Positions 42,929 to 53,417 of a stretch of 64,000 bases of DNA are shown piece after piece. The notes beneath the pieces were generated by a model. The model worked only from the letters and a program-made list of their open reading frames with translations, did no database searches and was not told the DNA's origin. This stretch comes from an uncultured Haloferula sp. (GTDB lineage: Bacteria > Verrucomicrobiota > Verrucomicrobiia > Verrucomicrobiales > Akkermansiaceae). The position numbers were made by a program, and so were the translations under genes. The stretch lies in the NCBI GenBank assembly GCA_965652295.1, contig CBFGTS010000014.1, positions 1 to 64,000 on the forward strand, read 5' to 3'. Within the stretch, counting starts at the first letter, position 1. Every line of letters begins with the position of its first letter.

Positions 42929-43780
42929 ATGCACTCGCACCTCGACGTCCAGCCACTCGACAGCCGCCAGTTCCTGCTGGCGGTCAAGCGGGTCGCCGAC
43001 TCGCTGAGCTACGGCACCGACCGTAGCCCGTTCCTCGGGCAGGGCCTCGAATACGTCCAGAGCCGCCGCTACGAGCCGGGCGATCCGGTGAAATCGATCG
43101 ACTGGCGCGTGACCGCCCGTACCGGCAAGACCCACGTCAAACAACACGAAACACCGCGCCAGATGCCGGTCTGGTTGGCGGTCGACACCTCGGCGTCCAT
43201 GGCGCTCGCCTCCCGCCCGCCGGGGAAATACGGGCTCGCTCTGCAAGTCGCCGGAGGCCTCGCGCTGGCCTCCATCGACCGCATCTCCCCGGTCGGCGTG
43301 CTCGGCATCGGCGGGCGCGACCTGCGCGTCCAGCCCTCGCTTTCCCGCGATGTCCTGCTGCAATGGTTCCACGCCCTGCGCGCCTATCGTTTCGACGAGG
43401 GAACCCATCTCGCCGCGCGTTTGCTCTCGCTCGAGCCATCGCTCCGCCAGCGGGCGCTTCTGGTGGTGCTGAGCGATTTCCACGATCCGGATGCCCTCGC
43501 CGCCATGAAGGTTCTCGCCGCCCGCCACGATGTCATCGCCCTCGTCTTCCGCGACCCCGCCGAGGAAATGCTCCACGGTGCCGGCCTGTTCCGCGCCCGC
43601 GAGGTCGAGTCCGGCCGCGAACTGCTCGCGCATGGCCGTCACCTCCTCTCCACCAGCGAGCGGCTCACCGATGCCTTCAAGCGGGCGTCGATCGATCATT
43701 TCCTGATCCACACCGACCAGCCCTTCCTCGGTGCCCTGCGCCATTTCCTGCGAGCCCGCGGAGTTTTCAAACGACGCTGA
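42929..43780 (+). CDS. DUF58 family protein
   Basis: GQGLEY...RRYEPGDPVKSIDWRVTAR, VDTSASM. Confidence 0.9.
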   Translation: MHSHLDVQPLDSRQFLLAVKRVADSLSYGTDRSPFLGQGLEYVQSRRYEPGDPVKSIDWRVTARTGKTHVKQHETPRQMPVWLAVDTSASMALASRPPGKYGLALQVAGGLALASIDRISPVGVLGIGGRDLRVQPSLSRDVLLQWFHALRAYRFDEGTHLAARLLSLEPSLRQRALLVVLSDFHDPDALAAMKVLAARHDVIALVFRDPAEEMLHGAGLFRAREVESGRELLAHGRHLLSTSERLTDAFKRASIDHFLIHTDQPFLGALRHFLRARGVFKRR

Positions 43781-43783
43781 CCC

Positions 43784-44545
43784 ATGCGCTTTCTCCTCCT
43801 CTTCCTCCTGCCACTCGTCGCGTTCGCCGCAGAGGAGATTCCGTCGGCGCGCGTCGGGCAGCCGCTCCGTTTGGAAGAGATCTACATTCCCGGCGGCCAG
43901 ATCGTTCCCGCCCCGCGCCACGACCGCGAACCACCCCTGGTCGTCCGCGTCCTCGACGTGCGTCCTGCGGCCGACGGCTTCCGCTACGATTTCGAAATCC
44001 AGGGCCTCGACCCCGGCCGCTACGACCTCGCCGATTTCCTCGATCCAGAGGACGACCGCGTCCTTCCCTCCATCCCCCTCGAAATCACCACCGCTTTGCC
44101 CGAAGGCCCGCCCACGACCTACAACCTCCCCCCCACCCCATTGCCGAAGTTCGGAGGTTACCGTACTTTCCTCGTCGTCGCTGGAATCCTTTGGCTGGCA
44201 GGGCTCCTGGCATTCCTTTTCATCCGCGGGAAAAAGCCCGCCGCGGTTGACCACGAGGCCCTACCCCCGTCCCTGGCGGACCGCTTGCAGCCGCTCGTCG
44301 CCGCCGCCTCCACTGGCGATCTCGACGCCGCAGGCCGCGCCCGACTCGACCGACTGGTCATCGGCTACTGGCGTGAACGCCTGCCCGAAATCGCCGACCT
44401 TCCTCCCTCCCAGGCCCTGGTCGAACTTCGCCGACACGCCGAGGCCGCGCCTCTCCTGCTCGCTCTCGAACGCTGGATCCATTCGCCCGATCCCGCTCCT
44501 CCATCCGACCTCGACAGGTTGCTCTCTCCCTACCGGCGATCATGA
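43784..44545 (+). CDS. Membrane-anchored hypothetical protein (MoxR/VWA operon accessory)
   Basis: Signal peptide, one TM segment, operon position. Confidence 0.7.
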   Translation: MRFLLLFLLPLVAFAAEEIPSARVGQPLRLEEIYIPGGQIVPAPRHDREPPLVVRVLDVRPAADGFRYDFEIQGLDPGRYDLADFLDPEDDRVLPSIPLEITTALPEGPPTTYNLPPTPLPKFGGYRTFLVVAGILWLAGLLAFLFIRGKKPAAVDHEALPPSLADRLQPLVAAASTGDLDAAGRARLDRLVIGYWRERLPEIADLPPSQALVELRRHAEAAPLLLALERWIHSPDPAPPSDLDRLLSPYRRS

Positions 44546-45456
44546 TTTTCGCCCACCCATGGCTCCTCGGATTGCTGATCCTGCCGATCGGGCTGGCCGT
44601 CGTCACCTGGCGGCGCGGGGGCCACCGGGTGCCGCTGCCATTTGACCACGCACCACTGAAACGCCGCCGGCTCCTCACCTTCCTCCTCAACAGCGCCGAC
44701 ACCCTCCCGGCCCTGTTGCTCGCCGTCGCCATCCTCATTCTCGCCGGACCCCGCCGCTTCGAGCAGCCGCGTTCGGAACGCGAAATGACCAACATCCAGT
44801 TCTGCCTCGATGTCTCCGGCTCCATGATGGCGACCTACGGCTCCGCCACCCGCTACGACGCGGCGATGGAATCGATGAACACCTTCATCACCCACCGGCA
44901 GGGCGACGCGTTCGGGCTCACCATCTTCGGCAGCAGCGTGCTCAACTGGGTGCCGCTCACCACCGACGTCTCCGCCTTCCGATGCGCTCCGCCCTTCTTC
45001 CGTCCTGAAAACCTCCCTCCCTGGTTCGGCGGGACCATGATCGGCATGGCGCTCCGCACCGCGGAAAAGGTCCTCACTTCCCGCGACGAAGGCGACCGGC
45101 TGATCGTCCTCATCACCGATGGCGAGAGCTTCGACCTCCAGAACGGTCAGGACATGGCCCTCGCCCAGAGTTTGAAGGACAACCACATCACCGTGTTCGC
45201 CGTCCACATCGCCGAAGGCGCGCCGTCCAGCGCCGTCGGTGCGATCACCATGGTCACCGGCGGGGAAATCTTCAGCGCCGGGGATCCCGCCGCGCTCGAC
45301 GCCGTGTTCGCGCGCATCGATGAAATGAAGAAAGCCCCGCTCAAGCGCGTCACGCCGGACCCGGTCGATTTCTACACCCCCTTCGCCATCGCCGGGCTCG
45401 GACTCGGTGCCCTCCAGCTCATCACCTTCCTCGGTCTCCGCGCCACGCCATGGTAA
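44542..45456 (+). CDS. VWA domain membrane protein (BatA-like)
   Basis: FAHPWLLGLL, LDVSGSM (MIDAS), LITDGE. Confidence 0.9.
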   Translation: MIFAHPWLLGLLILPIGLAVVTWRRGGHRVPLPFDHAPLKRRRLLTFLLNSADTLPALLLAVAILILAGPRRFEQPRSEREMTNIQFCLDVSGSMMATYGSATRYDAAMESMNTFITHRQGDAFGLTIFGSSVLNWVPLTTDVSAFRCAPPFFRPENLPPWFGGTMIGMALRTAEKVLTSRDEGDRLIVLITDGESFDLQNGQDMALAQSLKDNHITVFAVHIAEGAPSSAVGAITMVTGGEIFSAGDPAALDAVFARIDEMKKAPLKRVTPDPVDFYTPFAIAGLGLGALQLITFLGLRATPW

Positions 45457-46463
45457 CGCTCGTTCCCACCCTCCTTGCTACGGCGTCCCTCGTACTGATG
45501 GCCGCCGCGGAGCTGCTGCACCTCCGCCGCCTCCGCGCGGTGGCTCCGTTGGTTTTCGGCCCGTCCGGAAAACCCACCCTGCTCGGCCGCCTCGCCGCAC
45601 CCCTCCGGGTGGCCGCGGTCACGGCTCTCGTCTGGGGGCTTGCGACCCTGCTGCTCCTGCCGCCCACCGCGCACCGCTCGACACCCGCGGAGACCGCTCC
45701 GACCGACCGTGAACACCTGCTGATCGTGCTCGACGTCTCCCCCTCCATGCGGCTTCAGGACGCCGGCCCGACGGGTAAGGAAAGCCGCACCGCCCGCGCC
45801 CGCTCGGTGCTCGACTCGGTCTTCGCCCGCGTCGCCCAGGACCGCCTGCACACCACCGTCATCGCCGTCTACAACGGCGCCAAACCCGTCGTCGAGGAAA
45901 CCCGCGACATGGAGGTCATCCACAATCTCCTCAGCGACCTGCCGATGCACTACGCCTTTCCTTCAGGAAAAACCAAGCTCCTCGACGGCCTCGCCACTGC
46001 CGCGGAGATCGCGAAAAAATGGCCCCGCGGATCCGCCACACTGGTGCTGGTGAGCGATGGCGACTCCGTCCCGCCCACCGGAATGTCGAAGATGCCGCCA
46101 TCGGTCGGCGGCGTGCTGGTGATCGGGGTGGGCGACCCTTTGAAAGGCAGCTTTATCGACGGCCGGAACTCCCGCCAGGACGCCGCCACCCTGCGCCAGA
46201 TCGCCACACGGCTCGGCGGCCAGTACCACGACGCCAACCAGAAATTCGTCCCTACCGCCACCCTCACCCGCCTCGGCACGCTCGACACCACCGATCCCGA
46301 CCACCAGCTGGGACGTCGCGAGTGGGCCCTGCTCGCCACATCCATCGGAGCGCTGGTGTTGGCGCTGCTTCCCATCTCCCTGCTCCTCTTCGGCTCCCGC
46401 TTCCACCCCGGCCCGGCCAAGCACCGGTGGCGCCTGCCGCCCGTCTCCCCAGTTAGAACCTGA
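45450..46463 (+). CDS. VWA domain membrane protein (BatB-like)
   Basis: LDVSPSM, LVSDGD, flanking TM segments. Confidence 0.85.
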   Translation: MVTLVPTLLATASLVLMAAAELLHLRRLRAVAPLVFGPSGKPTLLGRLAAPLRVAAVTALVWGLATLLLLPPTAHRSTPAETAPTDREHLLIVLDVSPSMRLQDAGPTGKESRTARARSVLDSVFARVAQDRLHTTVIAVYNGAKPVVEETRDMEVIHNLLSDLPMHYAFPSGKTKLLDGLATAAEIAKKWPRGSATLVLVSDGDSVPPTGMSKMPPSVGGVLVIGVGDPLKGSFIDGRNSRQDAATLRQIATRLGGQYHDANQKFVPTATLTRLGTLDTTDPDHQLGRREWALLATSIGALVLALLPISLLLFGSRFHPGPAKHRWRLPPVSPVRT

Positions 46464-46517
46464 CCCTTCACTTCGGATTTTCCACCGCCTGCCAATTCTG
46501 CCAACCTGCCCGTCATC

Positions 46518-47213
46518 ATGAGAATTCTATTCATCGCCCTATGGTGTCTCCTGCCCCTCGGTCTCGTCGCCTTCCACTACGGTCCCGGCCAGGAAAAGAT
46601 GGCACTCGACCTCTCCGGTGCCGCCCTCGACCGCGCCCGTGTCCACCTCGACGCCAGCGCATGGGATGCGGCCATCCCCGAACTTGAGACCGCCCTCGCC
46701 ACCTTACCGAAGGATCATGACTCCGAGGCCAAACGCATCACACTCGAACTTCTCAAGGCCCGCATGATGACCGGCGGGCTTCCCGAAGCCCGGGCAGAAC
46801 TCGAGTCCTTGCTTTCCCAGATCGATGCCGATGCCGATCCCCAACTGCACTCGGACGCACTGGAAGCCCTGGCCACCGCGCGTTTCCACATGACCTATCT
46901 CATGAAGCTCGAAGGCCTGCCCGAGACCGAATGGGGTCCGGAAATCGACGCCGCACGCCAGGAGCAGAAACTCCTGCTGCAACGCGCCGCTTCCTCGACC
47001 GAAGCCGCGCGGCATGCCGACGGACTTGAGGCGGCCATCAAGCTCGCCCGCATGGACCCCGCCGATCTCTATGGAAAGGCGATCCCGAAGCAGTGCCAGG
47101 GCTGTTGCTCGGGCAAATGCAACAAGCCCGGCAAGAAGCCGGCGATGAAGGGAAAGCCCAAGGATGCCCGCGACGCTTCATCGGGGCCGCCGATCGATGG
47201 CGAAGGCTCCTGA
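46518..47213 (+). CDS. Helical (TPR-like) hypothetical protein with Cys-rich C-terminus
   Basis: N-terminal TM, helical repeats, CQGCCSGKC. Confidence 0.7.
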   Translation: MRILFIALWCLLPLGLVAFHYGPGQEKMALDLSGAALDRARVHLDASAWDAAIPELETALATLPKDHDSEAKRITLELLKARMMTGGLPEARAELESLLSQIDADADPQLHSDALEALATARFHMTYLMKLEGLPETEWGPEIDAARQEQKLLLQRAASSTEAARHADGLEAAIKLARMDPADLYGKAIPKQCQGCCSGKCNKPGKKPAMKGKPKDARDASSGPPIDGEGS

Positions 47214-47240
47214 TTTCCACTCCAACCACTTCTCTCCCAC

Positions 47241-50200
47241 ATGCGCATTCCGATCCTCACCTTGGCGGCGTTTCCGCTTCTCTTCGGCACCCTTCCGGCC
47301 GCCGAACAGATCGACATCAACCAGCTCCGGCAGCTTCTCCAAGGCGACGAGAAAAAGGAGAAAACCCCGGAAGAGATGCGGTCTGAAATGCTGACGCAGC
47401 TTCAGTTCCACCGCTCTGCCACCGGCATCCTGGAAGCACGCCTTCAAGAAGCCCGTGAGAAGTCGGCGGACGCCGAACCGCATGAACTGCAGGGCGAGGA
47501 GAAGATCAAGGCCGAGGTCGCCCAGCTGGCCCGCCACGTGACGCTTTCGCACTGGGACGAGGTGCGCGAATACCTCGCCAACCTGCCGCCGGACGTAGCC
47601 ACCCAGGCCTATCAGGCCATCCTTTCAAAACTCGCCCAGCCGGTTCCCGTCAGCCCCTCCGAGGAACTCAAGACAGGGGGTGCCAAGCCCTACACCCAGA
47701 AGCCCTTCCTCCCGCCGGCCGATTTCCTCGGCCTGCTGGCTGCCGCGCCGAAGGAGCCGGACCAGAAGACCCTCGCTCTGCTGGCCAAGATCCTCCCGAA
47801 ATCGCCGCGACCGCCGGCGTCGTTTTTCCAGGCGATCGAGTCCGGCGTCCCGCACCTGGGAGGAGCAGACCCATCCGACCGCCAGCGCGCCGCCGAGCTT
47901 TATCTCGAAGCCGGACTCACCGAAGAGGCCGGACCGTTTCTGCCCGCAGTCGCGGAAGCCCGGGAGGAGTCCAACCATCACGCCCTGAACCTGATCGCCC
48001 GCCACCACGCCGAGATGTGGCGGAAGGACCGGGAGAAGGCCGACGAAGCTGCCCTGAAGACGGCCTGGGAGATCTCGACTTCCTTCCTTTCCGATGAAAA
48101 AGCCCCGCCGCCCGAACGTGCCGAGGCCCTGTTCCGTGCGCTGTCGTTGATCCCCGAGCTGGAAGGAAAAGCCGGAGAGGACTGGCTGGCCGTCACGTTC
48201 GGCGGCGACTCGAACGAGGGGCTCGAGATCCTCGCCACGCTGGGAACGCTGACCGATCAATCGCGTGAAAATCCCGATGCCGATGAGCGGCTCAACCTGC
48301 TCAAGCTCCAGCACGATTCGGTGGCCACCCTCCTCTCGGCTCCCGGAGTCGAGCCGGAGACATGGGCTCCGATCCTCACCCTTTTCGCACGTCAGTGGGT
48401 TCATGAGGCCGACATCACCCGCCAGAAGGACGAGAGCGAAAGCCGCCGCAGGGTGCCTCAGTACGACGACTATGGTAACGTCTTTTTCGTCCGCCCGACG
48501 GCCCACTACAGCGGCAATGGAACGCGCCCCATCGCGACCGCTTCGATGATTGAGGTCGCCCCGGATGAGGCTTGGCTATCCCACGTCGAGCCGACCGTAC
48601 GGGTCGAAGCGCTGCAACGCGCCGCCCGGCTTTTCCTCAAAGTGAAGGAGGAAGGAAACGCCCTGCCCCTCGTCGCCGAACTCGCCACCACCCATCGCGA
48701 CATGGCCGTCGATCTCGTGCGTGAAACAATCCGCGTCTGGGCCGACAACCACAACCCGAACGACGAGCAGAACTACCGCTCCCAGTATTTCTACTACTAC
48801 GGCTTCAACAACCGCGCGGAATCGATCCCGCTCACCCGCTCGAAGCAGGAGCGGAATCTGGTGGAACTCGCCGCCTTGGTCGAAAACATCCGCGCCTTGG
48901 AGATCGACGAGGATTTCAGCGAGGAACTCGCCGACGCCTTCATTTCCTCCCACAGCCAAGCGGAGGTCTGGCGCGTCGAGGCGATCGAAAGCGTCTTCGG
49001 CAAGAGCGACCAGCTCGGTGCTCCGGTCACCGCCGCCTTGGTCGAGCGCATGCGCCTCAACCTTTGCAAGCTCTGGCCGAACCCGAAACTCCAGCAGGCC
49101 TACAAGACCCAGCGCAAGGACAAGGAACTCCAGGAGCAGATCTTCCACGGCTACGCCGCCGCCATCGAGCTGGTGGAAAAGGCGCTCGCCAGGAAGCCGG
49201 AAGACCCCTGGCGGCTCCAGCTCCAGCTCGCCGCGCTCCAATACGAGGAGAGCAACTACCGCTCCTCCATCCAGCCGAAGAACGACCACGTGCAGATCGT
49301 CCGCGCGTCGCTCGACCAACTCGCCGCCGCCGCTGACGCCTACATCGCCACCCTGCCCCGGCCGCAGAAAGAGGAAAGCACCTCGGTGTTCGAAACCTGG
49401 TTTTTCGCCGCGCTCGGCTCGACCTCCCTCGAATCCCTGAAGGCCCACCATCCGAACCAACCGGGCGAGATCCCCAGGATCAAGGCGGCGCTGGCGAAGG
49501 TGCCGGAGGAATCGCGCGCGCGCCACCTCAAGGCCTTCGCCACCATCCTCAACAACCGTCTGGCCAACGTCTCGCCGGACCTCAAGCTACGCTACCTCGA
49601 CGCCGCCGCGCCGATCGCCGGTGAGGAAGAAACCTTCCGCGACGCCGCCGATGTGCTGGCTTACTACCGCGATCTGGTCACCGAGATCGAACTTTCCGCC
49701 ACGCTCGACGGACCCGACACCGTCGCTGCCGACTCGCCCTTCGGTCTCAAGATCAACCTCCGGCACACCCGCGAAATCGAGCGCGAGGCCGGCGGCTTCC
49801 AGCGCTACCTCCAGAACCAGACCGGTGCGCAGTATGCCTACAACTACGGTCGCCCGCCGGAGGACTACCGCGACAAATTCGAGAAAGCCGCGGTCGCGGC
49901 GCTGTCCGAGACTTTCGAGGTGATTTCCGTGACCTTCCACTCCGACAAGGTCGAGTCGCGCACCGACCCCGAGTTCGGCTGGCGCATGACGCCCTACGCC
50001 TACCTGTTGCTCCAACCGAAGGGCCCGCAGATCGACCGCATTCCCCCCTTGTCGATCGACCTCGATTTCCAGGACACCTCCGGCTACGTCGTCCTGCCCG
50101 TCACCTCGGCGGAAATCCCCATCGATGCCTCCGGCAAAGCAGCCCTGCGGCCGGTCCGCAACCTGCGCCTGACCGAGAACCTCGACACCCGCAGCGAGCA

Positions 50201-50849
50201 GGAAAAAGGCAGCGTCTTCCTCGAAATCCGAGCCACCGGGGAAGGCCTCGTGCCGGATCTCGACCAGCTCGTTTCCCTGCCCGTGAAGGGATTCGAAACC
50301 GGGGCCATCGAGGACCGCAAGCTTCAGGTGAACGAACTCGACGCCAACAGCGACGACCTCGCACCGCTGACCGAGCACGAGTGGCGGATCGAGTTGAAAC
50401 CGACCGGCGGCATCATGCCCGCGAGCTTCCGTTTTCCCGAGCCCAAGGTCGAACTCGCCGCCGAGGACGGCCTGACCCGCCAGCTCTATGACGACGTCGA
50501 CCTCCAACCGGTCGGTGCCGAGGTGCCTCTCGGCGCCCCCGTCCGCCGCATCTGGCCGGCCGTGGTGGCTCTCGCCCTGCTGGTCGCACTCGCGGCCATC
50601 TACTATTTCCGCCGTAAAAAACCGGTCGTCGAGGCGGCACCGGTGCTGCCTCTGCCATCGCAGCTCACGCCGGTCACCCTTCTCGGCTGGCTCGAACGGC
50701 TCAAAACGCAGCCCGGCCTCCCGCCCGAGTTGCGACGCTCGCTGGAAAAGGAAATCCGCGAACTGGAGTCCCGCTATTTCGGCCCCGAGGTCGGGATGCA
50801 GGACCCGGAGCCCCTCGAGGCCATCGCCCGCCGCTGGCAGGCAGCCTGA
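47241..50849 (+). CDS. Large exported helical protein with C-terminal membrane anchor (MoxR/VWA operon)
   Basis: 1202-aa ORF, signal peptide, C-terminal TM followed by RRKK. Confidence 0.75.
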   Translation: MRIPILTLAAFPLLFGTLPAAEQIDINQLRQLLQGDEKKEKTPEEMRSEMLTQLQFHRSATGILEARLQEAREKSADAEPHELQGEEKIKAEVAQLARHVTLSHWDEVREYLANLPPDVATQAYQAILSKLAQPVPVSPSEELKTGGAKPYTQKPFLPPADFLGLLAAAPKEPDQKTLALLAKILPKSPRPPASFFQAIESGVPHLGGADPSDRQRAAELYLEAGLTEEAGPFLPAVAEAREESNHHALNLIARHHAEMWRKDREKADEAALKTAWEISTSFLSDEKAPPPERAEALFRALSLIPELEGKAGEDWLAVTFGGDSNEGLEILATLGTLTDQSRENPDADERLNLLKLQHDSVATLLSAPGVEPETWAPILTLFARQWVHEADITRQKDESESRRRVPQYDDYGNVFFVRPTAHYSGNGTRPIATASMIEVAPDEAWLSHVEPTVRVEALQRAARLFLKVKEEGNALPLVAELATTHRDMAVDLVRETIRVWADNHNPNDEQNYRSQYFYYYGFNNRAESIPLTRSKQERNLVELAALVENIRALEIDEDFSEELADAFISSHSQAEVWRVEAIESVFGKSDQLGAPVTAALVERMRLNLCKLWPNPKLQQAYKTQRKDKELQEQIFHGYAAAIELVEKALARKPEDPWRLQLQLAALQYEESNYRSSIQPKNDHVQIVRASLDQLAAAADAYIATLPRPQKEESTSVFETWFFAALGSTSLESLKAHHPNQPGEIPRIKAALAKVPEESRARHLKAFATILNNRLANVSPDLKLRYLDAAAPIAGEEETFRDAADVLAYYRDLVTEIELSATLDGPDTVAADSPFGLKINLRHTREIEREAGGFQRYLQNQTGAQYAYNYGRPPEDYRDKFEKAAVAALSETFEVISVTFHSDKVESRTDPEFGWRMTPYAYLLLQPKGPQIDRIPPLSIDLDFQDTSGYVVLPVTSAEIPIDASGKAALRPVRNLRLTENLDTRSEQEKGSVFLEIRATGEGLVPDLDQLVSLPVKGFETGAIEDRKLQVNELDANSDDLAPLTEHEWRIELKPTGGIMPASFRFPEPKVELAAEDGLTRQLYDDVDLQPVGAEVPLGAPVRRIWPAVVALALLVALAAIYYFRRKKPVVEAAPVLPLPSQLTPVTLLGWLERLKTQPGLPPELRRSLEKEIRELESRYFGPEVGMQDPEPLEAIARRWQAA

Positions 50850-50979
50850 AGTCTCCTCCCACGACTCCGGCTGGCTGCCGGCCACGGTTTTACGCACGAT
50901 TTGAAGGACTGGAGCCGCTTCCCGGGTTGAGGCCGTCCCCGGCTTGCCAACCCGGTACCCCTGGCCTCATCTTCCCGCC

Positions 50980-53364
50980 ATGCGCCGCCTTCTCGCCCTC
51001 GCCCTGCTCGTCCCCCTCCCCGGGGCCGCCCAGGATGCTCCGCGCGCCATCCCCGTGGATCCCACCCTTGAGCAGGATCCCGCGCAGGACTGGTTCCAGC
51101 ACGGGCGGAATGTCTACGAGTCCGCCAAACGGGCCAGCGGCCAGACCCAGTTCGAGCTCTACGGTCGCTCGGCGGAGATCTTCACCGAGTATCTGAACCA
51201 TCACCCCAACCACGAGAACGCCGAGGCGGCTTGGTGGTATCTCGGTCAGTCCTTCTACAACACCGGCCGGGTCGACGACGCCAAACGCTCCTTTCACACG
51301 CTGCTCAACCGCTTCGGCAAAGGGCGCTACGCCGCGGCCGCCGCCTACACGCTCGCCGCCGACCATTTCAACAACCGGCAGTATGCGCTCGCGGCCACGC
51401 TTTTCGAAAAACTCGCCTCGATCGCCGCCAAGCCCGCCGACCGCCTGCGCGGCCACTACTACGCCGGGAAGAGCTATGAGCTGCTCGGCCAGGCACGTCC
51501 CGCCGCCCGCCACTTCAAGGCGGTCATCGACGATCAGGATCCGAACAACGTCTACAAAACCAAGGCCGCGCTCGACTACGGCCGGATCCTCGCCGCAGAG
51601 GGCAAGAACGAGGAGGCGCTGGCGCTTTTCGACGAAGTCGTCCGCTCAAAGGTCGAGGATGCCGAAACCCGGGGCGAAGCCGCTCTGGTCGCCGGCGCGA
51701 CCGCCGCGAAGCTCGGCGAGTTCGATCGCTCGGAAGACTACTTCCAGCTCATTCTCCGCACCCCGGGCATGGAGGAGCAGCGCCCCTTCGCCCAGACCGC
51801 GATGATGGCCTCCCACTTCGAGCAGAAGAACTACAAGGCGGTCGTCGACATCTTCCGCAGCAGCGCGATCAGCGCCGAGGGCGAAAACGAAGCCCGCCGC
51901 CTGATGCTCGCCGCCCGCGCCTACATGATGCTCGACCGCAATGCGGACGCGGTGCCTCTCTTCCGCCAGGTCGAGCGCATGGAACCGCCGGCCTCGCAAC
52001 GCGCCTTCGATGCCGCCTACTACCGGCTGCTTTGCTTCTACCGCATCGAGGGCCGCCACGTGCTCGAACAGGTCGATGCCTTTCTCCAGCTCTACAGCCA
52101 GACCTTCACCAAGGACCCGAAAATCCACACCGCCCGGCTGATGAAAGCGGAAACGCTTTTCGCGGAAGGCAAGGTCGAGGACGCGGCCGGCGTCTACCGC
52201 GAGATCGACGGCAGCATGCTTTCGGAGAAAAACCGCCGCGGTCTCGATTTCCAGCGCGGCCGCTGTCTTTTCGAGGCCGGGGACTTCGCCGGTGCGATCG
52301 AATCCCTGGGAAGCTTCATCGCCGATCACCCCGATGATTCCCGCCTTCCGCTGGCTCGCGCCACCCGCGGCCGGGCCCTTACCCGGACCGGTTCCGACGA
52401 ACGGGCCCTGAAGGACTTCCTCGCCGTGATCTCCAGCGCGGAGGACCGCAGCCTGCTCACCATTTCCTACCTCGAAGCGGCGGAGATCCACAAACGCCAG
52501 AGCAACTTGAAGGAGATGGTCGCTCTCTTCCAGCGCTTCCTTGAGGCCAAGGTCACCACCGATCCGGAATCGATCGCCAAAGCCTGCTACTGGACCGGCT
52601 GGGGCATGGTGAAAAACGGCAATGGCAGCGAGGCCATCGACTATCTCAACCGCGCCCGCGACCTCGCGCCGAAGCGCTACACCAAGCACGCCGGCCTGCT
52701 CCTCTGCCTCGTTCACCTTTCGGAAAAGAACCACCATGCCCTCATCCCCGAAGTCGGCAAGGCGATCGAGGATGGCTACGCGATCGATCTCCCCGAGCCG
52801 CTCATCCGCTGGGCCGCCGACCAGGCCTTCAACAGCGGCGATTTCCTCAATGCGGCGCGCTTTTACGATCTCATCGCCGATGGCGAGAACCCCGAACTCG
52901 CGCCGAAGGAAGTCTGGCGTTTCCTCGGCAAGGCACGCCTTCGTTCCGGAGATCCCGCCGGTGCCCTGATCGCGGTGAACCACGCTCTCGACGCCGAGGA
53001 AGACCCCGCGTGGAAGGCCGACGGCCTGGCGGACATCGCCGCCGCCCACCTGAAACTCGGCGAGCTCGACAAGGCGACGAAAGCCGTCGAGGAAGGCCTC
53101 GCCCTGCGTCCGGAAGGCCGCACCGGCGCCTGGCTCAACCTCGTGCGGGGCGACATCTACCTGGCGGAAAAGCAACCGCAGGAAGCCGTGCGGGCCTATA
53201 TCCTCCCGGTGCAGTTGATGGACGACGACGATCAGGTCGTCAAACCCCTCGCCTACCACAAGCTCATCCAAGCACTCAAGGCTGCCGGCAACACCGCGGA
53301 CGCCGCGAAATACGAGCAGGAACTCAAACGGAAGTATCCGAACTGGACTCCGCCAGCCGAATAG
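50980..53364 (+). CDS. Tetratricopeptide repeat protein, exported
   Basis: Signal peptide and many TPR-like repeats (AWWYLGQSFY, YYAGKSY). Confidence 0.85.
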   Translation: MRRLLALALLVPLPGAAQDAPRAIPVDPTLEQDPAQDWFQHGRNVYESAKRASGQTQFELYGRSAEIFTEYLNHHPNHENAEAAWWYLGQSFYNTGRVDDAKRSFHTLLNRFGKGRYAAAAAYTLAADHFNNRQYALAATLFEKLASIAAKPADRLRGHYYAGKSYELLGQARPAARHFKAVIDDQDPNNVYKTKAALDYGRILAAEGKNEEALALFDEVVRSKVEDAETRGEAALVAGATAAKLGEFDRSEDYFQLILRTPGMEEQRPFAQTAMMASHFEQKNYKAVVDIFRSSAISAEGENEARRLMLAARAYMMLDRNADAVPLFRQVERMEPPASQRAFDAAYYRLLCFYRIEGRHVLEQVDAFLQLYSQTFTKDPKIHTARLMKAETLFAEGKVEDAAGVYREIDGSMLSEKNRRGLDFQRGRCLFEAGDFAGAIESLGSFIADHPDDSRLPLARATRGRALTRTGSDERALKDFLAVISSAEDRSLLTISYLEAAEIHKRQSNLKEMVALFQRFLEAKVTTDPESIAKACYWTGWGMVKNGNGSEAIDYLNRARDLAPKRYTKHAGLLLCLVHLSEKNHHALIPEVGKAIEDGYAIDLPEPLIRWAADQAFNSGDFLNAARFYDLIADGENPELAPKEVWRFLGKARLRSGDPAGALIAVNHALDAEEDPAWKADGLADIAAAHLKLGELDKATKAVEEGLALRPEGRTGAWLNLVRGDIYLAEKQPQEAVRAYILPVQLMDDDDQVVKPLAYHKLIQALKAAGNTADAAKYEQELKRKYPNWTPPAE

Positions 53365-53417
53365 GCGGAGCGCCGCACCGATGATGATCCCGGCCTCGGT
53401 GAGGCCGGCGGGTGGCC

